Positions 27,029-32,000 of a stretch of DNA of 32,000 nucleotides are shown one piece after another. The DNA is from Archaeoglobus fulgidus DSM 4304. GTDB lineage: Archaea > Halobacteriota > Archaeoglobi > Archaeoglobales > Archaeoglobaceae. Position 1 is the first letter of the stretch. Each line of letters begins with the position of its first letter. Made by a program: the position numbers and the translations under genes. The DNA lies in assembly GCF_000008665.1 (NCBI RefSeq), contig NC_000917.1, positions 630,001 to 662,000 on the forward strand, written 5' to 3'. The notes beneath the pieces are model-generated. The model did no database searches. It was not told where the DNA came from and worked only from the letters and a program-made list of their open reading frames with translations.

Positions 27029-27641
27029 GACTCGTCACATAAAGGCTTGTGTAGCTTTCTGTACCAAGACTTACCTCCTTAAACTCCCCAAGCTCCCGAA
27101 GGGTTTCCTCGAAAAAGTCACCGTGCGGAAATGCGCCGATGCAGACCGCAACGTCACCGTCAAGCAGCTCGGAGAATTCAAAGCGCCCCCCCTTCTCTCT
27201 GAAAAGGAGAACGTCCCTCCCTCTGACGATGTCCCTCAGGCCGACATCTTTGAACTCGATGAGGGTAGTATCCCCAGCTGTTATCCTTCTCTCCTCAAAT
27301 AACTTCTCCATTAGCCCAACAAAGCGGTTGTAGTTCCTCGGAAGCCTTGTTTCGCGATTTACCCATATTATCTCCCCGTTGAGGGTGTGCACGTAAACTT
27401 CGAAATCCCTCAGAGGTGAGTCGAGGAGGAGAAGGAGGCACTGATGGACTATATCGGGCCTGCCCCTCTTTTCCCTGAATTCCAGGGATTTCATCGCCGT
27501 ATGGTGCTTCGAGTCGTCCAGAAGGATTTTCTCTGGTCTCTTCCCCCTTCTTATTGCATCTGCCCTCACCGCAGGATGACCCCGAATTTTTTGGGGGATT
27601 AGTTCGAGCGATGCCTCAAGAAACACGAATGCACTTCCCAC
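26982..27641 (-). CDS. nep1: Nep1/Emg1 SPOUT-class 16S rRNA pseudouridine N1-methyltransferase
   Basis: 219 aa; FVFLEASLELIP, LLDDSKHHTAMKSLEFREKRGRPDIVHQCLLLLLDSPLR, VYVHTLNGEIIWVNRETRLPRNYNRFVGLMEKL, CIGAFPHGDF. Confidence 0.93.
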   Translation of the reverse strand: MGSAFVFLEASLELIPQKIRGHPAVRADAIRRGKRPEKILLDDSKHHTAMKSLEFREKRGRPDIVHQCLLLLLDSPLRDFEVYVHTLNGEIIWVNRETRLPRNYNRFVGLMEKLFEERRITAGDTTLIEFKDVGLRDIVRGRDVLLFREKGGRFEFSELLDGDVAVCIGAFPHGDFFEETLRELGEFKEVSLGTESYTSLYVTSRVLCEYERVRAHKVG

Positions 27642-27691
27642 AGAGGAAATGGAGCAAAAAAGTTTAAGTTCTTTTCTCCGAAACTCTTTTT

Positions 27692-29065
27692 GTGAATGAA
27701 CTCCTGAAGAGAGCCGCCGAGCTGGCAGGCAGGATTTTGAAGAACGAAGAGGTCTTAGTGGTGACCCACATCGATGCTGATGGCATAACCGCAGGAACCA
27801 TCGCTCACACCTCTCTGCTGAGGGCCGGTGTTGAGAGCGGGATTAGGTTCGTAAAGCAGCTCGATGAGAGCGAGATTGAGGCGATAAAAGACGAGAACAC
27901 CTTTGTCTGGTTCACGGACATAGGCAGCGGGGTTCTCAACATGCTTGACGGGATAGAGTTTGCAATTACCGACCACCACCTCCCGCAAAGTCATCATCCA
28001 ATGCAGCTGAACCCGCACGATTTCGGCTACGATGGTGCTTTTGAGCTCAGCGGTGCGACAACAACCTATCTTGTCTCAAAATACCTGCGAAACGGAAGGA
28101 CTCTGTTTGACTACGAAAACGACAACTCCGACCTTCTACCAATCTCAATCGTCGGAGCAGTGGGGGATTTGCAGGACTCAAGGTGGGGCATGCTGAAGGG
28201 TCTGAACAGGGAGATAGTCATGGAGGGGTTGAGGAAGAAACAGATTGCCGTTTTAAGAGACCTGAGATTCTTCGGCAAGCAGACGAGGCCCGTTGCGAAG
28301 ATGCTCGAGTACAACTCCGACCCCTTCATTCCCGGAATTACCGCCAACGAGTCGGGGGTTCTTAACCTCCTGGAGAGCCTTGGAGTCGATCCGTGGGTGA
28401 GGTGGATAGACCTTGAGATTGAAAAGAAAAGGAGGGTCGTTTCCGCCCTAGTCAGCCTTGCCATGGACTTCGGCATTCCATACACGAGCATTCTGAGGAT
28501 GGTCGGGGAGTGCTACATCCTCGTGAACGAGGAGGAGGGGACGGAAAAGAGGGATGCGATGGAGTTCTCCACACTCCTTAACGCAACTGCCCGCTACAAT
28601 GAGGCCGAGGTTGGAATGGGTGTTTGTCTGGGTGATGAGAGGGCGTATAGAAGGGCGAGGACACTCTTGCAGAACCACAGAAAGAACCTTTCGGACGGAA
28701 TTAGGTTTGTCGACAGGGAGGGAATAGAGGAGCTTGAGAACATCCAGTACTTCCACGCGGGGAGCAACATTCCCGATACTATCGTGGGAATCGTTGCAGG
28801 GATGTGCTTCTACAAGGGAAACAGGGAGAAGCCAATAATAGCCTTTGCTGAGAGCGACAAGGGTGTTAAGGTGTCTGCCAGAGCAACCTACAGGCTCGTT
28901 GAAAGGGGAGTGCATCTTGCCAAAGCCCTCAAGAGGGCTGCCGAGGCGGTTGGTGGAGTTGGAGGCGGGCACAGCGTTGCAGCGGGAGCAACAATTCCTG
29001 AGGGAAGGGAGGACGAGTTTTTGAAGCTCCTCGACAGAATAATAGGGGAGCAGCTGAGGGGGTAA
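27692..29065 (+). CDS. DHH/DHHA1 family phosphoesterase, archaeal RecJ-like nuclease (second paralog in window)
   Basis: 457 aa; VTHIDADGITAGTI, FTDIGSG, ITDHHLP, VGGVGGGHSVAAGATIP. Confidence 0.87.
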   Translation: MNELLKRAAELAGRILKNEEVLVVTHIDADGITAGTIAHTSLLRAGVESGIRFVKQLDESEIEAIKDENTFVWFTDIGSGVLNMLDGIEFAITDHHLPQSHHPMQLNPHDFGYDGAFELSGATTTYLVSKYLRNGRTLFDYENDNSDLLPISIVGAVGDLQDSRWGMLKGLNREIVMEGLRKKQIAVLRDLRFFGKQTRPVAKMLEYNSDPFIPGITANESGVLNLLESLGVDPWVRWIDLEIEKKRRVVSALVSLAMDFGIPYTSILRMVGECYILVNEEEGTEKRDAMEFSTLLNATARYNEAEVGMGVCLGDERAYRRARTLLQNHRKNLSDGIRFVDREGIEELENIQYFHAGSNIPDTIVGIVAGMCFYKGNREKPIIAFAESDKGVKVSARATYRLVERGVHLAKALKRAAEAVGGVGGGHSVAAGATIPEGREDEFLKLLDRIIGEQLRG

Positions 29066-29095
29066 TGTCTTTAAGTGTGAGAGAAAACTGAATCT

Positions 29096-29416
29096 ATGGA
29101 GGTAATAAACGAGAACATTAGGGCGGCCATGTGCTACACCCTCGGCTTCGTAACAGGAGTTCTCTTCCTGCTGTTCGACAGAAGCCCCTTCGTGAGGTTC
29201 CACGCGGTCCAGTCCACCCTAACATTCTCAACAATAACGGCTCTGGTCATTTTGCTTCCAGTTCTGCCCGGCGGTGCGTTGCTCTCCAGAGTGGTGATGG
29301 CCTTCAGCATAATTCTCTGGGCTTTCTGCATCGTCAAGGCAAGCAGAGGAGAGGCATTTAAGCTGCCGATTTTCGGAGACATTGCAGAGGAGCAGTTGAG
29401 CCTCAACTATACCTGA
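29096..29416 (+). CDS. DUF4870-like small membrane protein
   Basis: 106 aa; LGFVTGVLFLLFDRSPFVRFHAVQSTLTFSTITALVIL ... IILWAFCIVKASRGEAFKLPIFGDIAE. Confidence 0.75.
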   Translation: MEVINENIRAAMCYTLGFVTGVLFLLFDRSPFVRFHAVQSTLTFSTITALVILLPVLPGGALLSRVVMAFSIILWAFCIVKASRGEAFKLPIFGDIAEEQLSLNYT

Positions 29417-29464
29417 CTCACAGAACTGAAACAAAAACTATTTCTACCTCCTTTTACACTATAT

Positions 29465-29638
29465 ATGATTGGTGATCAGATGAGGCGGTTCAACTGGCGC
29501 AAGTTCAGAAGAAAGGGCATGAGAAAGCTTTTTAGCAAGGATGAAAAGCTCCTTGAGAGCAATGTCTCCGAAATAAAGACCGCGACCAGTGGTGGAAGCA
29601 TAAAGGAGATCTCCAAAGAGGTCCTGCCTGAAGAATGA
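29465..29638 (+). CDS. Small basic protein, unknown function
   Basis: 57 aa ORF not in the supplied track: MIGDQMRRFNWRKFRRKGMRKLFSKDEKLLESNVSEIKTATSGGSIKEISKEVLPEE*; ATGA overlap with the next gene. Confidence 0.5.
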   Translation: MIGDQMRRFNWRKFRRKGMRKLFSKDEKLLESNVSEIKTATSGGSIKEISKEVLPEE

Positions 29639-29838
29639 AGCTGAAGATTAAGTTTGTCGGTTTTGACCAGAAGGAAGTTGAAGTTGAAGTTAACGGGCAG
29701 AGGTACTCGGAAATCCTTGAGTCTCTCGGCATCAACCCCGAAACAGTTGTTGTAGTCAAGGACAACATCCCTGTACCGGTGGACGACGTGGCAGAAGGAG
29801 GGGAAGTAAAGGTCGTGAGAGTTATTTCGGGTGGCTAG
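29635..29838 (+). CDS. ThiS/MoaD/SAMP-type ubiquitin-like sulfur carrier/modifier ending in Gly-Gly
   Basis: 67 aa; MKLKIKFVGFDQKEVEVEVNGQRYSEILESLGINPETVVVVKDNIPVPVDDVAEGGEVKVVRVISGG*. Confidence 0.88.
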   Translation: MKLKIKFVGFDQKEVEVEVNGQRYSEILESLGINPETVVVVKDNIPVPVDDVAEGGEVKVVRVISGG

Positions 29839-29931
29839 ATTTAAATATTTTTTCTAAATTAAAATTTTCCCGGCAAAATGTAAAGAATAAAACGTTATAA
29901 AAGTATTTAAACCAAAATACAGCAGAAAAAC

Positions 29932-29939
29932 TTATAAAT
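29932..29939 (+). promoter_or_regulatory. Candidate TATA box for the 29976 gene
   Basis: TTATAAAT in a 137-nt AT-rich intergenic gap, about 37 nt upstream of the ATG; purine-rich GAGGGAGTGAT precedes the start. Confidence 0.4.
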
Positions 29940-29975
29940 GATGTTGAATACTCGCTTCTGAGGGAGTGATGTCCC

Positions 29976-30257
29976 ATGCACAAGGAAGAAATAATATTGC
30001 TGCACCTGACCCTCTACAACATTAAAAAGCTTTTCGAAAATGCCGGCATCGCCAACGGCCACTTCAAGGCCTATGATGAGCTGGGCGTTCAGCCCGTGCA
30101 CATTCACAAAAGCAAAACCGAGCACAAAAAGGCTATTTCCCTGCTTTGTAAGGGGATTTCGGAGATTTTTAGGGAGCGCAGCCCTGAGGACCTGATAGAA
30201 AGCGAGAATTTGAAGTTCGTAATCGAATCTATTGCACCTGAGCTGTGCGAGCCATGA
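29976..30257 (+). CDS. UPF0058 family protein
   Basis: 93 aa; MHKEEIILLHLTLYNIKKLFENAG...YDELGVQPVHIHKSKTEHKKAISLLCKGISEIF. Confidence 0.85.
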   Translation: MHKEEIILLHLTLYNIKKLFENAGIANGHFKAYDELGVQPVHIHKSKTEHKKAISLLCKGISEIFRERSPEDLIESENLKFVIESIAPELCEP

Positions 30258-30717
30258 GATAAGCGTCCTCTCCGTCACTGTAGTAGCCACTGATAACATC
30301 GATAATTTCGAATCCAAATTTTTTATACAATTTTTGAGCCTGAACGTTTGAGACCCTAACTTCCAGGGTTATCTTCCTCTTTCCCCTCCCCTCAAGCCTT
30401 TTAATCGCTTCCGAGAGAAGCATCTTTCCTATACCCATCCCCCTGAACTCTTTCCTCACAGCAAAAGCTATTATCTTGCCTGTAAACTCGTCAACATCCA
30501 TCGTAACGATGTAACCGGCTATTTTCGACCCTATGTCCGCAACAAGCAGGTCGGTGCCGTAGGTTATGTAAACGTAAACGTCATAAGCAGGATTGCGCGG
30601 AGAGAAGGCTTCCTTATCTATTTCGAGAACTTCCTTAAAGTCCTTGTGCGTGTAGTCCCTGATTATCACCGTCTGCACAAAACTTAATTGCCCCTCTGAG
30701 ATATAAAAATTGTTCAT
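30229..30717 (-). CDS. rimI: GNAT N-acetyltransferase, RimI-like (protein N-terminal acetyltransferase)
   Basis: 162 aa; ITMD-like core IIAFAVRKEFRGMGIGKMLLSEAIKRL...ITLEVRVSNVQAQKLYKKFGFEIIDVISGYYSDGEDAYLM. Confidence 0.9.
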   Translation of the reverse strand: MNNFYISEGQLSFVQTVIIRDYTHKDFKEVLEIDKEAFSPRNPAYDVYVYITYGTDLLVADIGSKIAGYIVTMDVDEFTGKIIAFAVRKEFRGMGIGKMLLSEAIKRLEGRGKRKITLEVRVSNVQAQKLYKKFGFEIIDVISGYYSDGEDAYLMARTAQVQ

Positions 30718-31102
30718 GCTGCAAATTGCCGACTACATAGCAGAAAACTACAGAGGTAAGGTCGTGGAGGTGGGAATAGGGAGATTTACTGCGGTAGCCG
30801 AGCTTCTGGCGAGGAGGGGCTTTGAGGTTTTCGCAACGGATGTTGTTGAGCGGAGAGCTCCTGAGGGTTGCAGATTTTACGTTGACGACGTGACAAAGCC
30901 CAACCTCAAAATATATGAAGGGGCCTCTCTCATCTACTCCCTCCGCCCACCACCGGAGCTTTTTTCCGCAATAGTCGAGGTTTCGCGGAAAGTTGGTGCG
31001 GACTGCCTCATCAAGCCCCTCTACGGGGACTACATGGAGGCGAGAATTGTAAACTATAAAGGTGCGCAGTTTTACCTCATAAGGAGGGAGAATTATGATT
31101 AA
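30716..31102 (+). CDS. UPF0146 family protein
   Basis: From ATG 30716: MLQIADYIAENYRGKVVEVGIGRFTAVAELLARRGFEVFATDV...LIYSLRPPPELFSAIVEVSRKVGADCLIKPL. Confidence 0.85.
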   Translation: MLQIADYIAENYRGKVVEVGIGRFTAVAELLARRGFEVFATDVVERRAPEGCRFYVDDVTKPNLKIYEGASLIYSLRPPPELFSAIVEVSRKVGADCLIKPLYGDYMEARIVNYKGAQFYLIRRENYD

Positions 31103-31508
31103 GGAAATAGAGGTTGAGCTGGACGGTTTCGGGGACATGGCCGACATAACCCCTGAGGTTGAGAAATTCGTCAAGGAGAGCAGCGTGGAGAGTGGCGCGG
31201 TTCTCGTCTTCAGCGTTGGAAGCACAGGGGCCGTGACAACCATCGAATACGAGCCGGGCTTGAAAAAAGACCTTCCGAGGATTATGGAGAAGATTGCCCC
31301 CTATGGGGACAGCTACGAGCATCACAAGACGTGGGGGGATGACAACGGTTCGGGGCACGTTAAGGCGAGCATAATAGGCCCATCCGTCCTAATTCCCTTC
31401 CACAACTCAAAACCGATTCTGGGGACATGGCAGCAGGTTGTGATTATCAACTTCGATACCAGAAGAAGGAGAAGAAGGGTAATCCTGCAGATTCTGCGCT
31501 CATGCTGA
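31095..31508 (+). CDS. UPF0047/YjbQ family (secondary thiamine-phosphate synthase-like) protein
   Basis: 137 aa; GDMADITPEVEKFVKES...VFSVGSTGAVTTIEYEPGL...GHVKASIIGPSVLIPFHNSKPILGTWQQVVIINFD. Confidence 0.9.
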   Translation: MIKEIEVELDGFGDMADITPEVEKFVKESSVESGAVLVFSVGSTGAVTTIEYEPGLKKDLPRIMEKIAPYGDSYEHHKTWGDDNGSGHVKASIIGPSVLIPFHNSKPILGTWQQVVIINFDTRRRRRRVILQILRSC

Positions 31509-32000
31509 CAAAGCTTTTCCTTAAAAAGAAGTTCGAGGAGTATTACTCGAAAAATGAGGTTGAACTTCCGAGGAAGTTCAAAAACAGAGAGTTCGCCTTC
31601 GTCCCGCTGGAATTGCTTCCCGATTTTGTGATGCACCGGCACATATCCTTCAGGTCGGAGACTGACTTCAGAGCCTACATACTGTCCAACGTTCCAGCCC
31701 ACATCTACTTCTCCTCCGCATACTACGAGAGACCCGCTGAGGACAAAATGGAGAACAAGGGCTGGCTCGGTGCGGACCTAATCTTCGACATTGATGCGGA
31801 CCACCTGCCGGTAAAAGCGCAATCCTTCGAAAAGGCTCTTGAGATGGCGAAGAGGGAGATTAAAAAGCTTACAGCCGTCCTTCGTGCGGATTTCGGAATA
31901 AGAGATATGAAGATTTACTTCTCAGGCGGGAGGGGGTATCACGTTCACGTCCACGACGAGGAGTTCCTCTCTCTGGGAAGCGCGGAGAGGAGGGAGATAG
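31502..32000 (+). CDS. priS: DNA primase small (catalytic) subunit, N-terminal part (runs off window)
   Basis: ATG 31502 MLTKLFLKKKFEEYYSKNEVELPRKFKNREFAFVPLE...GWLGADLIFDIDADHLP...DMKIYFSGGRGYHVHVHDEEF. Confidence 0.95.
   Translation, partial: MLTKLFLKKKFEEYYSKNEVELPRKFKNREFAFVPLELLPDFVMHRHISFRSETDFRAYILSNVPAHIYFSSAYYERPAEDKMENKGWLGADLIFDIDADHLPVKAQSFEKALEMAKREIKKLTAVLRADFGIRDMKIYFSGGRGYHVHVHDEEFLSLGSAERREI

Noticed and set aside
30635-31243. 202 aa minus-strand ORF
   Set aside because: Antisense to UPF0146 and UPF0047 genes, which both have clear family motifs.
31400-31508. Possible frameshift at the end of the UPF0047 gene (Arg-rich tail RRRRRRVILQILRSC)
   Set aside because: The Arg-rich tail after IINFD is normal for this family, and the frame ends cleanly with an overlap into priS.
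1-32000. Defence islands, CRISPR arrays, transposons, integrases, tRNA/rRNA genes, toxin-antitoxin pairs
   Set aside because: Looked for direct repeats, transposase-like ORFs and structured RNA-length gaps. Nearly all DNA is covered by housekeeping or metabolic genes, and the few gaps are short and AT-rich, so nothing supports these.

Overview
This 32 kb window is densely coded and archaeal. Mtd, Nep1, PriS, Pcc1 and UPF0058/UPF0146 products, TATA-like boxes and a PGF-CTERM tail all point to a euryarchaeon, and protein content and gene order look like Archaeoglobus (inference; no database was searched). The largest block is an anaerobic cobalamin locus: a minus-strand run (PP-loop ATPase, cbiX, cbiE, cbiD, cbiH-cbiC fusion, cbiG, cbiF, cbiL) divergent from a plus-strand run (cbiM, cbiN, cbiQ, cbiO, cbiT). 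Other genes include Pcc1, two DHH/RecJ-like nucleases, aspartokinase, Thi4, a Trm5-like methyltransferase, a Lon-like (S16) ectoprotease, DUF92, ppsA, a thioredoxin-like/VKOR pair, a HisA paralog, mtd, ThiL, Nep1, a GG-terminated ubiquitin-like carrier, RimI, YjbQ/UPF0047 and the start of priS. No CRISPR array, mobile element, tRNA or rRNA was recognised. The observations most worth a second look are: (1) a pore+RCK K+ channel gene split by one apparent missing base; (2) a metallo-beta-lactamase gene with a cluster of frameshifts inside its HxHxDH metal motif; (3) a cis-prenyltransferase homolog lacking catalytic motifs, resembling the NgBR/Nus1 partner subunit; (4) a secreted Lon-like protease with a PGF-CTERM tail; (5) a CbiH-CbiC fusion and a Dph6-like PP-loop ATPase in the B12 operon; (6) a compact VKOR plus thioredoxin-like pair. 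I found no clearly unprecedented multi-gene system.
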